A stretch of 64,000 nucleotides of DNA from Halarcobacter sp. (GTDB lineage Bacteria > Campylobacterota > Campylobacteria > Campylobacterales > Arcobacteraceae): contig OY781089.1 in assembly GCA_963676565.1 (NCBI GenBank), forward strand, positions 2,944,001-3,008,000, in the 5' to 3' direction. Shown in pieces: positions 10,917-21,509 of this stretch. Below the pieces are notes generated by a model. That model was not told the origin of the DNA, searched no databases, and saw nothing but the letters and a program-made list of their open reading frames with translations. The translations under genes and the position numbers were made by a program. How positions within the stretch are numbered: position 1 is the stretch's first letter; every line of letters starts with the position of its first letter.

Positions 10917-11498
10917 TTATTTATTATTTAAGATTTCAACTTCCCTTGGTAGTTGAGCTTCTAAACTCGTTTTTTGTTCTAAGCTAAGAGATAAAGTAAG
11001 AATCACACTATTTGTAAACTCTTTATTGGAAATTTGTATATCAAATTGATTTAGAATATATTCAACTTTCGAAAGTATTGAGTAATCTAATTGAATAATC
11101 ATATTTTCAAGTTTTTTATAGGTATGAAGTTCTGAGTTTTCAATCACTAAGTTTACTGCATCACTATAAGCTCTTACAAGTCCACCAGTTCCTAATTTGA
11201 TTCCACCAAAATATCTAACAATTATAACTGCACTATCAATTATTTCATGTCCTGCTAAAACATTTAATGATGGTTTTCCACTAGTTCCCTTAGGCTCACC
11301 ATCATCACTACAATTTTCAACTATTTGGTCAAACTCATTTAAATATCTATAGGCATACACATGATGTCTAGCTTTTGGATGCTCTTTTTTTAATCTTTGC
11401 ATAACTTCATCAAAATTATCATATGGCATAATATAAGCTATAAATTTTGATTTTTTTTCCTCGTAGCATTGCGTGAACTCATTTTTTACAAAAAACAA
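10917..11498 (-). CDS. yigZ: YigZ/IMPACT family protein
   Basis: KKSKF, HHVYAYR, SDDGEPKGTSGKP, RYFGGIKLGTGGLVRAY. Confidence 0.95.
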   Translation of the reverse strand: MFFVKNEFTQCYEEKKSKFIAYIMPYDNFDEVMQRLKKEHPKARHHVYAYRYLNEFDQIVENCSDDGEPKGTSGKPSLNVLAGHEIIDSAVIIVRYFGGIKLGTGGLVRAYSDAVNLVIENSELHTYKKLENMIIQLDYSILSKVEYILNQFDIQISNKEFTNSVILTLSLSLEQKTSLEAQLPREVEILNNK

Positions 11499-11597
11499 AC
11501 TTCAAATTATCCTTATTTTTTAGATTTTTCTTTATATTATACTTAATTTATTTAAACCTAACCAAAAAATAACTTAGTTTTAATTATAATTTCATCC

Positions 11598-12305
11598 ATG
11601 AGACTAGACCTATATCTTACAAAAAACTTTGATATTCAAAGCAGAAATAAAGCAAGCGAAATAATAAAAACCAATAAAATAAAAATCGATGGCAAAATTA
11701 TTACGAAACCCTCTTTTAATGTTGAAGACTCAATGAATGTTGAAATTTTAGAAGATGATTTTTATGTAAGTAGAGCTGCATATAAACTAAAATATTTTTT
11801 AGAAGAAATTAATATTGATTTAGAAAATAAAAATTCTTTAGATATAGGAAGTAGTACTGGAGGCTTTACACAAATATTGCTTGAGAATAATGTATCAGGT
11901 GTAACTTGTGTTGATGTTGGTTCTAATCAATTACATGAAAGAATAAAAGAGGATAAAAGAATTAAATTCTTTGAAAATCAGGATATTAGAACCTTTCAAA
12001 GTAATGAAATTTTTGAAATTGTAACTTGTGATGTTTCTTTTATCTCAATTTTAAATATTATCAACGATATAAATAGATTGTCAAGCAACAAAATAATAAT
12101 ACTTTTTAAACCACAGTTTGAAGTTGGAACAAATGTAAAAAGGGATAAAAAAGGTGTTGTAAAAGATAAAAAAGCTATATTACAAGCAAGAGATAAATTC
12201 TTAGAAGAAACAAAAAAATTAAATTGGAACTTGGAAAAAAGTTCAATGAGTAAACTTGAAGGAAAAGATGGAAATGAAGAAGAGCTCTTCTATTTTAATA
12301 AATAA
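11598..12305 (+). CDS. tlyA: TlyA family rRNA 2'-O-methyltransferase
   Basis: S4 domain MRLD, YVSRAAYKL, DIGSSTGGFT, DVSFIS, KPQFE. Confidence 0.95.
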   Translation: MRLDLYLTKNFDIQSRNKASEIIKTNKIKIDGKIITKPSFNVEDSMNVEILEDDFYVSRAAYKLKYFLEEINIDLENKNSLDIGSSTGGFTQILLENNVSGVTCVDVGSNQLHERIKEDKRIKFFENQDIRTFQSNEIFEIVTCDVSFISILNIINDINRLSSNKIIILFKPQFEVGTNVKRDKKGVVKDKKAILQARDKFLEETKKLNWNLEKSSMSKLEGKDGNEEELFYFNK

Positions 12306-13113
12306 AAGTTCAATTACAGCAATTGCAATTGGTGGATTTGATGGGATGCACCTAGCACACCAAGAACTTTTCAAACACTTAGGAGAAAATGGAGGAATTG
12401 TTTCGATTGAATCTGATTATGCAAATTTAACTCCAAAAACTTTTAGACAAGAGTATTCTGTCTATCCAATCTATTATTATGTATTAGCAAATATCAAACA
12501 CCTATCAGGGGAAGAGTTTATAAGATTAATAAAAGAGGAATTCCCAAAGTTAGAAAAGATAGTTGTAGGTTTTGATTTTTGTTTTGGGAAAAATAGAAAA
12601 AACTGCACAGAAGAATTGAAAAAACTTTTTAATGGAGAGGTTATTGTTGTCCAAGAGTTTACATTAAATGGAATCCCCGTACACTCAAGGCATATTAGAG
12701 AATTTTTAAATGATGGCTTAATAAAAAAAGCAAATAAATTTTTAGGAAAAGAGTATAAAATCTTTGGTAAACAGATAAAAGGACAAGGTTTAGGTTCTAA
12801 AAGTTTTGTTCCAACTATTAACTTAAATGTTGATGAGTTTTTACTTCCTAAAGAGGGTGTTTATATAACAAAAACAATCCTAAATGAAGAAGAATATGAT
12901 TCAATTACTTTTTTAGGACATAGGAAAACAACTGATGATTCCTTTGCAGTTGAAACTCATATTTTAAATAAAGAGATAAAAAACAAATTTTCAACAGTTC
13001 AAATAAAATTTGTAGATAGAATTAGAGACAATAAAAAATTTGACTCTTTTGAAGATTTAAAAAATCAAATTGAGCTGGACATATCTTGTGCAAAATCATT
13101 TTTTGATAAATAA
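12274..13113 (+). CDS. ribF: Bifunctional riboflavin kinase/FAD synthetase
   Basis: IGGFDGMHLAHQ, VGFDFCFG, GLGSKSFVPTIN, VETHIL; exact start uncertain (12256, 12268 or 12274), overlaps tlyA. Confidence 0.93.
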   Translation: MKKSSSILINKSSITAIAIGGFDGMHLAHQELFKHLGENGGIVSIESDYANLTPKTFRQEYSVYPIYYYVLANIKHLSGEEFIRLIKEEFPKLEKIVVGFDFCFGKNRKNCTEELKKLFNGEVIVVQEFTLNGIPVHSRHIREFLNDGLIKKANKFLGKEYKIFGKQIKGQGLGSKSFVPTINLNVDEFLLPKEGVYITKTILNEEEYDSITFLGHRKTTDDSFAVETHILNKEIKNKFSTVQIKFVDRIRDNKKFDSFEDLKNQIELDISCAKSFFDK

Positions 13114-13147
13114 AAAAGATAGTATAATACTTTATACTATCTTTTTT
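13112..13147. terminator. Bidirectional rho-independent terminator
   Basis: aaaaaagatagtataa...ttatactatctttttt between convergent genes. Confidence 0.8.
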
Positions 13148-13156
13148 CACTAAAAT

Positions 13157-14179
13157 TTATTTATTTCTTACACACCTAACATAATTACTGACATTTTTAA
13201 AATCAGCATATCCATCACCATTATCAAAAAAAATACTCCATGCAAGTTCACTATTCATAGAATTTGTTGTATCACTCCAATACCAATTAGAACCAACATT
13301 CTTTAAATATTCTTTTTGTAATGAAAGATTTTTTAATTCATCTTTTGTAGGCATTCGCCAATCTTTGAAATCTCCAAGAATAAGTTCTTTGCAATAAGTT
13401 GCTGCAGTATCACCTTTTGTATCAGAATATTTTTTATTTTTGTAGTTTTCTTTTGTTAACCAAGGTTTTATATTTTTTAAAACCATATTATCATCTTGCC
13501 AAATAAGGTTTTGTTTTTTGTCTATATAAAGTTTTTCTTTTCTTTCTTTTTCAATTTTCTTTTTTCTTAATTTCTCTTTTCTTAACTCTTCTTTTCTTAA
13601 TTTCTCTTTTCTTAACTTTTCTTCTTCAATTTTTTTTATAGCTATTCTTCTTTTTTCTGCTTCTATATCAAATTCTAAAGTTATATTCATTTTTGTATCT
13701 TGATTTAATTCAACATCCAAACTTTTATTTAAGTATTTATCAGCTTTTATATTAATTTTATAATTACCCTCTACTAATCTTTTATTAGGTTCATATGTTT
13801 CATTATTAATCATTATTGTTGAAGTGGAAGGATTAACGCTCAAAGTTAAAAAATATGTTTTTTTAGTTTCAATATCATCAAAACTTATCCAAACATCATT
13901 TTTAAGATTATTACTTTCATTTTTCTCCAATCGTAGAAAATTCTCTTTAATATCTACAACATTATACTCTTCACCTCTTTTTAAAACTTGTAATACTTTT
14001 TTATCTACTTTATAGGTATCATATGTTTCTGCATCATTTTTAATATATATTTTTTGTGTAATATTTTTCTGATTTAACATAGTTTGTAATGCCTTTTGAG
14101 AAGGTAAACAACCGCTCATAAAAGACATAATAAAAATACCTAAAAATAATTGAATTATTTTTTTTATTTTTTTTATCAT
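13157..14179 (-). CDS. Putative lipoprotein: SH3-like, PEGA-like, charged coil and DUF1566 (Lcl C-terminal) domains
   Basis: Lipobox-like MSGC; LIWQ...AATYCKEL...DWRMPTKDEL...YWS...AWSIFF...VRCVR. Confidence 0.8.
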   Translation of the reverse strand: MIKKIKKIIQLFLGIFIMSFMSGCLPSQKALQTMLNQKNITQKIYIKNDAETYDTYKVDKKVLQVLKRGEEYNVVDIKENFLRLEKNESNNLKNDVWISFDDIETKKTYFLTLSVNPSTSTIMINNETYEPNKRLVEGNYKINIKADKYLNKSLDVELNQDTKMNITLEFDIEAEKRRIAIKKIEEEKLRKEKLRKEELRKEKLRKKKIEKERKEKLYIDKKQNLIWQDDNMVLKNIKPWLTKENYKNKKYSDTKGDTAATYCKELILGDFKDWRMPTKDELKNLSLQKEYLKNVGSNWYWSDTTNSMNSELAWSIFFDNGDGYADFKNVSNYVRCVRNK

Positions 14180-14321
14180 TTGCTCCCATTTAATATTTTT
14201 AATGTTAATTATAACGAATTTTCATTAATCACAAATTATATAAGCTCACCTTGATAAGCAGATTTGGAGCAATTTTTCTGTACAATTATATCTTTAAATA
14301 TTATCTATATAAGGAATCTAT

Positions 14322-16853
14322 TTGAGATATATTATATTTAGTGTTATTATGGTGAGTTTATTTCAAATGTTTTTTTGGATTTCTCATAATGATTTAGTTT
14401 CATTAATTGAGGCACCATACAAAAAAGTAGAGTCACTTTCATATACTCCATATTATGGATATGAAAGGAAAGCCTTATCATCTAAACAAATACAAAATGA
14501 TTTAAATCTATTATTTCCAATTACTAAAAAAATTAGAACATACTCTTCAGAAGATGCAAAAATCATTTTAGAAGCTTCATCAAAACAAATATTACCTATA
14601 GATTTAGGTATTTGGTTAAGTAGCAATTATGAAGAGAACTACTTAGAGATTCAAAAAGCTTTAAAGTTATTAAAAGCATATCCAAATAGTATAGAAAATA
14701 TTATTGTAGGGAATGAGGTTCTTCTAAGAAAAGATTTAAATAAAATTGAATTATTTGCATATATTAACTTTTTAAAAGCCTTTACAGATAAACCTATTTC
14801 AACTGCTGAAACATGGGATATATGGGAAAAGTTTCCAAATCTAACTAAGCATGTTGATTTTATAACAATTCATATTTTACCTTATTGGGAAAAAGCATCA
14901 ATTGAAAATTTTGATGACTTTATACTAAAAAAATATTCAATTATAAAAAATTTATTCCCAAATAAAAAAATATATATTGGAGAGATTGGATGGCCAAGTA
15001 ATGGATATAATAATAACAAAGCAATACCAAGCTTAGAAAATCAAGCAAAAGCTATTAGAGGTTTTGTAAACCTTGCTAAAAAAAACAACTGGTCTTATAA
15101 TATTATTGAAGCTTTTGATCAGCCATGGAAAGGTTACGAAGAAGGGAATATCGGCCAATACTGGGGAATTTTTGATGCAAATAGAAAACTAAAATTCAAT
15201 TTAGCTGGAGCTATTGAGACAAACCAATATTGGCTTTATCAAATGATAGGAGCTATATTTATTGGGGCTTTACTTACATTCTTTGGATTAAGACATAAAA
15301 AACTAAATCTAAATCACACTTTAGCTTATGCAATAGTAGCTCAAGGTATGGGCTTTGGTATTGTAATGGCTTTAATATATCCATTTATCAATTATATGAA
15401 TTTTGGTATGTGGATTATGTGGGGGATGGGAACATTTTTAATGATTCCTCTTGTTATTATAACTTTAGCAAAAGCAAATGAACTATTTAAATCCTCACTT
15501 GGAACACCTCCATCAAGGTTAGTTCCCATTGATTTAAAATCTAAAAATATCCCTTTTGTTTCTATTCATGTCCCAGCATATAAAGAAGAACCTCATGTTT
15601 TAGAAAAAACTTTAAGAGCTTTATCAAATCTAAATTATCCTAATTATGAAGTTTTAGTAATTATAAATAACACACCTGAAGAGTATTATTACAAACCTAT
15701 AGAAGCTTTATGTAAAGAGTTAGGTGAAAAATTTGTATTTATGAATATAGTTTGTTCTGGATTTAAAGCTGGTGCATTAAATAAAGCTTTGGAGCAAACA
15801 AATAAAGAAGCTGAAATAATTGCAGTTATTGATGCTGATTATGTAGTTGAATCACCTTGGCTAATAGATTTAGTCCCATTATTTGATGACTTAAAGGTGG
15901 CAATTGTACAAGCACCACAAGATCATAGAGATGGAGAAGAATCGATTCTAAAAACTGCTATGAATGCAGAATATGCAGGGTTCTTTGATATTGGAATGGT
16001 TGATAGAAATGAAGAAAATGCAATAGTGGTACATGGAACAATGGTTATGGTAAGATTAAGTGCAATGCTTGAAGTTGGGGGTTGGGGAACAGATACTATT
16101 GTTGAAGATAGTGAACTTGGTCTTAGATTATTTGAAGCTGGCTATATAGCTCATTATACAAACAAAAGATATGGTTATGGATTATTACCTGATACCTTTG
16201 AAGCTTTTAAAACACAAAGACATAGATGGGCCTACGGAGCTATTCAGATTTTGAAAAAACATTGGAGAGAATTAAAACCAAGTGCTACTAGACTTACCCC
16301 TACCCAAAAGAAAAAGTTTATTGCAGGATGGTTTTTTTGGCTAAGTGATGCTATGGGTCCTATTATGGTTGTGATGAATCTTATTTGGGTTCCTGTTATT
16401 GTTTTTGTAGGGGTTACAATCCCTACAATTCCACTAACAATCCCAATTATTACAATGTTTTTAGTAAATCTTTTCCATACATTTATTTTATATAAAATTA
16501 AAGTAAAAGCAAGTTTAAAAGAGACTTTTCTAAGCGCCATAGCTTCTATGAGTTTGCAACTTATTATTTTTAAAGCTGTTTGGGATGGATTTGTAAAAGA
16601 TGGATTACCATTTAAAAGAACTAAAAAAGGTGGAAAAGCTAAAAAAAGTAAAAGTCCTATAATATTTGAAATAATTTTGTGTTTCTTATTGTTGACATCT
16701 TTTTTTACATTAATTTTTATAAATAAAACAGATATTATTGAGATTTATGTATTTGCAGCAACTATATTTATTCAAAGTATTCCATATATATCTGCTATTA
16801 TTATGAGAACCTTAGAATTATATTCTATTAATTATCAAAAATCATTAGAGTAA
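14322..16853 (+). CDS. NdvB-like GH17-GT2 fusion (putative periplasmic/cyclic beta-glucan synthase)
   Basis: GH17-like IRTY, IVGNEVLLR, HILPYWE, GEIGWPS, EAFDQPWK; GT2 FKAGALN, DADY, TIVED, QRHRW. Confidence 0.85.
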   Translation: MRYIIFSVIMVSLFQMFFWISHNDLVSLIEAPYKKVESLSYTPYYGYERKALSSKQIQNDLNLLFPITKKIRTYSSEDAKIILEASSKQILPIDLGIWLSSNYEENYLEIQKALKLLKAYPNSIENIIVGNEVLLRKDLNKIELFAYINFLKAFTDKPISTAETWDIWEKFPNLTKHVDFITIHILPYWEKASIENFDDFILKKYSIIKNLFPNKKIYIGEIGWPSNGYNNNKAIPSLENQAKAIRGFVNLAKKNNWSYNIIEAFDQPWKGYEEGNIGQYWGIFDANRKLKFNLAGAIETNQYWLYQMIGAIFIGALLTFFGLRHKKLNLNHTLAYAIVAQGMGFGIVMALIYPFINYMNFGMWIMWGMGTFLMIPLVIITLAKANELFKSSLGTPPSRLVPIDLKSKNIPFVSIHVPAYKEEPHVLEKTLRALSNLNYPNYEVLVIINNTPEEYYYKPIEALCKELGEKFVFMNIVCSGFKAGALNKALEQTNKEAEIIAVIDADYVVESPWLIDLVPLFDDLKVAIVQAPQDHRDGEESILKTAMNAEYAGFFDIGMVDRNEENAIVVHGTMVMVRLSAMLEVGGWGTDTIVEDSELGLRLFEAGYIAHYTNKRYGYGLLPDTFEAFKTQRHRWAYGAIQILKKHWRELKPSATRLTPTQKKKFIAGWFFWLSDAMGPIMVVMNLIWVPVIVFVGVTIPTIPLTIPIITMFLVNLFHTFILYKIKVKASLKETFLSAIASMSLQLIIFKAVWDGFVKDGLPFKRTKKGGKAKKSKSPIIFEIILCFLLLTSFFTLIFINKTDIIEIYVFAATIFIQSIPYISAIIMRTLELYSINYQKSLE

Positions 16854-16895
16854 GAATAAATAGTTATTAATATTCATTTAGCTAAAATATCTCCT

Positions 16896-17609
16896 ATGAC
16901 AGATAAAGTATTTGATAAATCAATAACAAAACAGTTCGAGTTTGATGAAGAGGTTGCATCGGTCTTTGATGATATGTTAACCCGTTCTGTACCATTTTAT
17001 AAAGAGATGCAAAGATTAACAATAAGCTTTGCACTTAACTATTTAGAAGATGAAGATAAAGTGTATGATTTAGGTTGTTCTACAGCTTCAACTCTAATAG
17101 AGCTTAGTAAACATTCATCTAAAAAACTTCAATTAATAGGGATAGATAACTCAGAAGCTATGCTTGAAAGAGCTTCAAATAAATCTAAAGCTTTTGGGGT
17201 AGATATAAACTTCATAAATGAAGACTTGCACAATACAAGTTTTGATGATGCTAAACTAATCATTTCAAACTACACCCTACAATTTATTAGACCTCTTCAA
17301 AGAGAAAAATTAGTAAAAAAAATCTATAATAGTTTACAAAATAATGGTATTTTTATTTTTAGTGAAAAAGTAATCTCATCAGATAAAGTATTATCAAAAC
17401 AATATATTGATGAGTATTATGAATTTAAGAAAACTCAAGGTTATAGTGAATATGAAATATCACAAAAAAGAGAAGCCTTAGAGAATGTTCTTATACCTTA
17501 TACTGAAGAAGAAAATAAAAAAATGATATTGGATGCTGGATTTACCCATTGTGAAACACTTTTTAAGTGGGTTAATTTTGCAACATTTATCGCTATAAAA
17601 AAATCATAA
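16896..17609 (+). CDS. cmoA: Carboxy-SAM synthase
   Basis: [42 protein letters not shown]. Confidence 0.95.
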   Translation: MTDKVFDKSITKQFEFDEEVASVFDDMLTRSVPFYKEMQRLTISFALNYLEDEDKVYDLGCSTASTLIELSKHSSKKLQLIGIDNSEAMLERASNKSKAFGVDINFINEDLHNTSFDDAKLIISNYTLQFIRPLQREKLVKKIYNSLQNNGIFIFSEKVISSDKVLSKQYIDEYYEFKKTQGYSEYEISQKREALENVLIPYTEEENKKMILDAGFTHCETLFKWVNFATFIAIKKS

Positions 17610-17664
17610 AGCTTCTTTTAATAGGAATTTATTTTCTATTAAAGAAATAAAAAGGAATATTAAT

Positions 17665-18171
17665 ATGTTAGAAATTGGACAGCAAGCTCCAGACTTTTGT
17701 GCAAAAAACCAAGATGATATTGAAATTTGTTCTAGAGATTTAAAAGGTAAATGGATTGTATTATACTTTTATCCAAAAGATTTAACTCCAGGTTGTACTA
17801 CACAAGCTTGTGATTTCACTGAAGCTGAGCCACAATTTGATGACTTAGATGCAATCATTTTAGGAGTAAGTCCTGATGATACTGCTAAACATAGAAAATT
17901 TATAGAGAAAAAAGAACTTTCTATTACACTTTTATCAGATGAATCAAAAAAGATGTGTGAAGATTATGGTGTATGGCAATTAAAAAAATTCATGGGTAAA
18001 GAGTATATGGGTGTAGTAAGAACTACATTTATTATAAATCCGGATGGAAATATCGCTGCTATTTGGGATAAAGTTAATGTTAGAAAGAAAAAAACTGTAA
18101 AAGGTGAGAAGATAGAAATTCTTCATGTTAATGAAGTAAAAGAGAAACTTCAAGAACTACAATCAAAATAA
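17665..18171 (+). CDS. bcp: Thioredoxin-dependent thiol peroxidase BCP
   Basis: VLYFYPKDLTPGCTTQAC. Confidence 0.95.
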   Translation: MLEIGQQAPDFCAKNQDDIEICSRDLKGKWIVLYFYPKDLTPGCTTQACDFTEAEPQFDDLDAIILGVSPDDTAKHRKFIEKKELSITLLSDESKKMCEDYGVWQLKKFMGKEYMGVVRTTFIINPDGNIAAIWDKVNVRKKKTVKGEKIEILHVNEVKEKLQELQSK

Positions 18172-18179
18172 GGAATAAT

Positions 18180-19262
18180 ATGAAGTATTTAACAAAAGGC
18201 TTAATAACAATTTTTGCTTCAACTTTTATAGTTCAAGGTTTAAATGCAAAAACTACAATGTGTTACAAAAATGAATGGAAATCTCCTTCAACTATTGAAA
18301 CTGTAAAACTAGATGGTGGTGAATGTAATGGTAACTTCTCATACAAAGAGATGATGAAAAAAGGCTGGAACTTAAAAGATATTACAATTACTAAAGGGAA
18401 AGAGGGATTAAATTATACTTATTTACTTAGTGATGAAGAAGAAATAAAAGTTGACAACTCAAATTTTATGGAGAATAAAGTTGCAAAACTAGACTATCGA
18501 GCTATGGCAACAAGATTAAAAAATGTTACAGACGATAGTGCAACAATTGCTATTGGTAACTTAAGAGTTGGTCAAAGTGCTGTAATCCAACACAATTATG
18601 AAAATGGAAAATCTTTACTTGTAGCAAATGGTTTTGTTACTTCATCAAATGAAAATAGCTCAACATTAAAATTAACTCCTTTTTTAGATATAAAACAAAA
18701 TGCTCTACCAACTTCAAATAGAAAAGCTGTTGAAGGTGATATTGCTATTATTAACTATTTATATGATACATCTTTAATTATTGCACCTTCGCAAGATGCC
18801 TTTACAGCAACAAGAAACAAATACAGAGATAATAACTTCTTACACTCTGATTTATTTGCAGCAAAATTAAAAGATGAAGGTGAACCAATCCCTTCTAAAA
18901 AAATAATTCAAGATTATGCAATATCACAAAATATTGGGACAATATTTTTTGTTATTAAAAATAAAGTTTATATTGTAGATTCAAAAACATTTGCAATATT
19001 AGATAGTGATACAATCTCTTATAACTTTGTAGAAAATGAACAAATGCCATTTTATACAAGAATTGAAAAGATTGAAAAGAACATTATAAAAAAAGTTACA
19101 GAGTATACTGAATGGTTCTCATTTTTAGATAGATTTATTGGAAATGATAAAAGAACAGAAGATGAAGTTTTATTAGAAGATTATGTTAAGTCAGGGGAAC
19201 TTGAAGTAAAAGCTGAAATTTATAATGATTATTATGAAAAATTATTAGGTATTAAAAAATGA
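18180..19262 (+). CDS. Secreted protein with plasminogen-binding (PgbA) N-terminal-like domain
   Basis: Signal peptide; LRVGQSAVI, QNALP, NYLY, LIIAP, FLHSDLFA resemble Campylobacterota PgbA-N proteins. Confidence 0.7.
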   Translation: MKYLTKGLITIFASTFIVQGLNAKTTMCYKNEWKSPSTIETVKLDGGECNGNFSYKEMMKKGWNLKDITITKGKEGLNYTYLLSDEEEIKVDNSNFMENKVAKLDYRAMATRLKNVTDDSATIAIGNLRVGQSAVIQHNYENGKSLLVANGFVTSSNENSSTLKLTPFLDIKQNALPTSNRKAVEGDIAIINYLYDTSLIIAPSQDAFTATRNKYRDNNFLHSDLFAAKLKDEGEPIPSKKIIQDYAISQNIGTIFFVIKNKVYIVDSKTFAILDSDTISYNFVENEQMPFYTRIEKIEKNIIKKVTEYTEWFSFLDRFIGNDKRTEDEVLLEDYVKSGELEVKAEIYNDYYEKLLGIKK

Positions 19263-20650
19263 TAGATGAAGCGCATATTGACTACTTTAAATCAGTAGTT
19301 GGTGAAGAAAATGTAAAAGCTGATAAGGCACATTTGATTGCATATTGTTATGATGCAACAAGGGAAAGATTTGAACCAGATGCAGTAGTATTTCCAAGGG
19401 ATGAAGAAGATATCTCTAAAATATTAAAATATTGCAATGAACACAAAGTTGTAATTGTACCAAGGGGAGCAGGTTCTGGTTTTACAGGTGGTTCACTTCC
19501 ATCAAATGGAGGAATTATCTTAAGCCTTGAGCGACATATGAATAAGCTTTTAGAAATAGATATGGAAAATATGGTTGGGGTAGTTCAACCAGGACTTATT
19601 AATATGGATTTCCAAAAAGCAGTTGAAAAAGTTGGTTTATTTTATCCGCCAGACCCTGCAAGTGAAGACTACTCTACTTTAGGGGGAAATGTTTCTGAAA
19701 ATGCAGGTGGAATGAGAGCAGCAAAATATGGGATTACAAAAGATTATGTAGTTGCACTAAGAGCTGTACTACCAAATGGAGATATTATAGTTGCAGGTAA
19801 AAAAACTATCAAAGATGTAGCTGGATATAATACAGCTGGTATCTTAATAGCAAGTGAAGGAACATTAGCAGTTATTACTGAAATTACTTTAAAACTAATT
19901 CCAAAACCAAAATTTAGCCAAACATATATGGGTATTTTCCCAGATGTAAATAAAGCAATGAATGCAGTATTTAAATCACTTGCAAGTGGTGCTAATCCTG
20001 TTGCAATGGAGTTTTTAGATTCACTTGTAATAAAAGCTTTAAAACAAAAGTTTCCACAAGTGGAATTACCAAGTGATGCAGGTGGAATATTAGTTGGGGA
20101 TGTTGATGGAAGTAGTGAAGCTGAAATCAAAGCTCAACTTGAAACATTGAAAGAATCATTTGCAAATAATGGTTCTATTGACTTTATTGAAGCAAGAGAT
20201 GAAAACCATGGAAAACAACTATGGTTTGCAAGAAGAAATGCAAGTCCTGCAACGGCTATTTATGGAACAAAAAAATTAAATGAAGATATTTCTGTTCCAA
20301 GAAGTAAACTTCCAGAAGCATTAGATGGTATTTATGCAATTGGTGAAAAGTATGGATTTAATGTTCCTTGTTTTGGTCATGCAGGGGATGGAAATATTCA
20401 CGTTAATGTAATGGTTAAAGATAAGACAAATGAAAAAGAAATGGAAGATGGACACAAAGCTATTGAAGAGATTTTCCAACTTGTTGTTGATATGGGTGGA
20501 ACTTTAAGTGGTGAGCATGGAATTGGTTTATCAAAAGCTCCATTTATGAATATTGCCTTTACAGATGCTGAACTAAATTTATTTAGTAATATCAAAAAAG
20601 CTTTTGATCCAAACAACATTTTAAATCCATTTAAAATGGGATTAAAATAA
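19259..20650 (+). CDS. glcD: FAD-linked oxidase, glycolate oxidase GlcD-like
   Basis: PRGAGSG, YPPDPAS, NAGGMRAAKYG, GHAGDGNIH, SGEHGIG. Confidence 0.88.
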   Translation: MIDEAHIDYFKSVVGEENVKADKAHLIAYCYDATRERFEPDAVVFPRDEEDISKILKYCNEHKVVIVPRGAGSGFTGGSLPSNGGIILSLERHMNKLLEIDMENMVGVVQPGLINMDFQKAVEKVGLFYPPDPASEDYSTLGGNVSENAGGMRAAKYGITKDYVVALRAVLPNGDIIVAGKKTIKDVAGYNTAGILIASEGTLAVITEITLKLIPKPKFSQTYMGIFPDVNKAMNAVFKSLASGANPVAMEFLDSLVIKALKQKFPQVELPSDAGGILVGDVDGSSEAEIKAQLETLKESFANNGSIDFIEARDENHGKQLWFARRNASPATAIYGTKKLNEDISVPRSKLPEALDGIYAIGEKYGFNVPCFGHAGDGNIHVNVMVKDKTNEKEMEDGHKAIEEIFQLVVDMGGTLSGEHGIGLSKAPFMNIAFTDAELNLFSNIKKAFDPNNILNPFKMGLK

Positions 20651-20660
20651 AGAATATGAA

Positions 20661-21455
20661 ATGGAAGAGCCAGAGATTGTAAAACATCCAGTTAAGACAA
20701 TATTAAGGGCATTAGACTCATTTTTTAATGATGACACAACTTATTATGCCGCAAGTCTTAGCTTCTTTACAATCTTCTCTTTACTACCTATAATTGCCCT
20801 ATTAATTGCAATTATCTCAAGCTTAGAAGTAACTCAACAATATCTTGATATATTTGTAAACTATATCTTTGATTTATTAAACCCTACTCACTCAAAAGAT
20901 TTTATTGATACATTAAAAAACTATATATCAAATTCTGGAAAACTAGGTTTGTTAGGTATTTTATATATGCTTTTTGTATTTATTATGTTTTTTAAAGACT
21001 ATGAGTATATTGTTAATAAGATACATAGAGCAAAGAGAAAACCATTATTACAATCATTTTTCTTTTATCTATTTTTTCTAATAACACTTCCTATGATGTT
21101 AGCAGTTTTAAATATTGCACTATCTTTTTATGACAATACAATTTTTAATTGGTTAGTAACATTTTCTTTTGCTTGGTTAATTTTCTTTGGTTTGTTTAAA
21201 CTAAGTGTTAATAAGCCAATAAGTACAAAAGCAGCTGCTATATCATCACTATTTACTTTAATAGTACTTTCTATTACAAAAAACCTATTTATCTACTATG
21301 TGGTCTATAATAAAACATATACAACTATCTATGGCTCACTAGCTATTTTACTTTTTTCATTTTTTTGGATTTATATCTCTTGGATAATTTACCTTTATGG
21401 AATTAAAATGTGTCACAGAATAAATATTCAAGAAAAAAGACAAGATAACAAATAA
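20661..21455 (+). CDS. YihY/BrkB family inner membrane protein
   Basis: AASLSFFTIFSLLP, YTTIYGSLA, WIYISW. Confidence 0.9.
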   Translation: MEEPEIVKHPVKTILRALDSFFNDDTTYYAASLSFFTIFSLLPIIALLIAIISSLEVTQQYLDIFVNYIFDLLNPTHSKDFIDTLKNYISNSGKLGLLGILYMLFVFIMFFKDYEYIVNKIHRAKRKPLLQSFFFYLFFLITLPMMLAVLNIALSFYDNTIFNWLVTFSFAWLIFFGLFKLSVNKPISTKAAAISSLFTLIVLSITKNLFIYYVVYNKTYTTIYGSLAILLFSFFWIYISWIIYLYGIKMCHRINIQEKRQDNK

Positions 21456-21509
21456 AAAATTAGACACACATATCAAATAAGAGTATACTTCTTCTTAAAG
21501 GAGTTCATT

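Noticed and set aside
11598..12305. tlyA as a haemolysin island
   Set aside because: Ordinary rRNA methyltransferase in a housekeeping tlyA-ribF context.
14254..14286. AGCA repeat upstream of the NdvB-like gene as another TGAGAC-type box
   Set aside because: Match is too weak; only the extended -10 is plausible.
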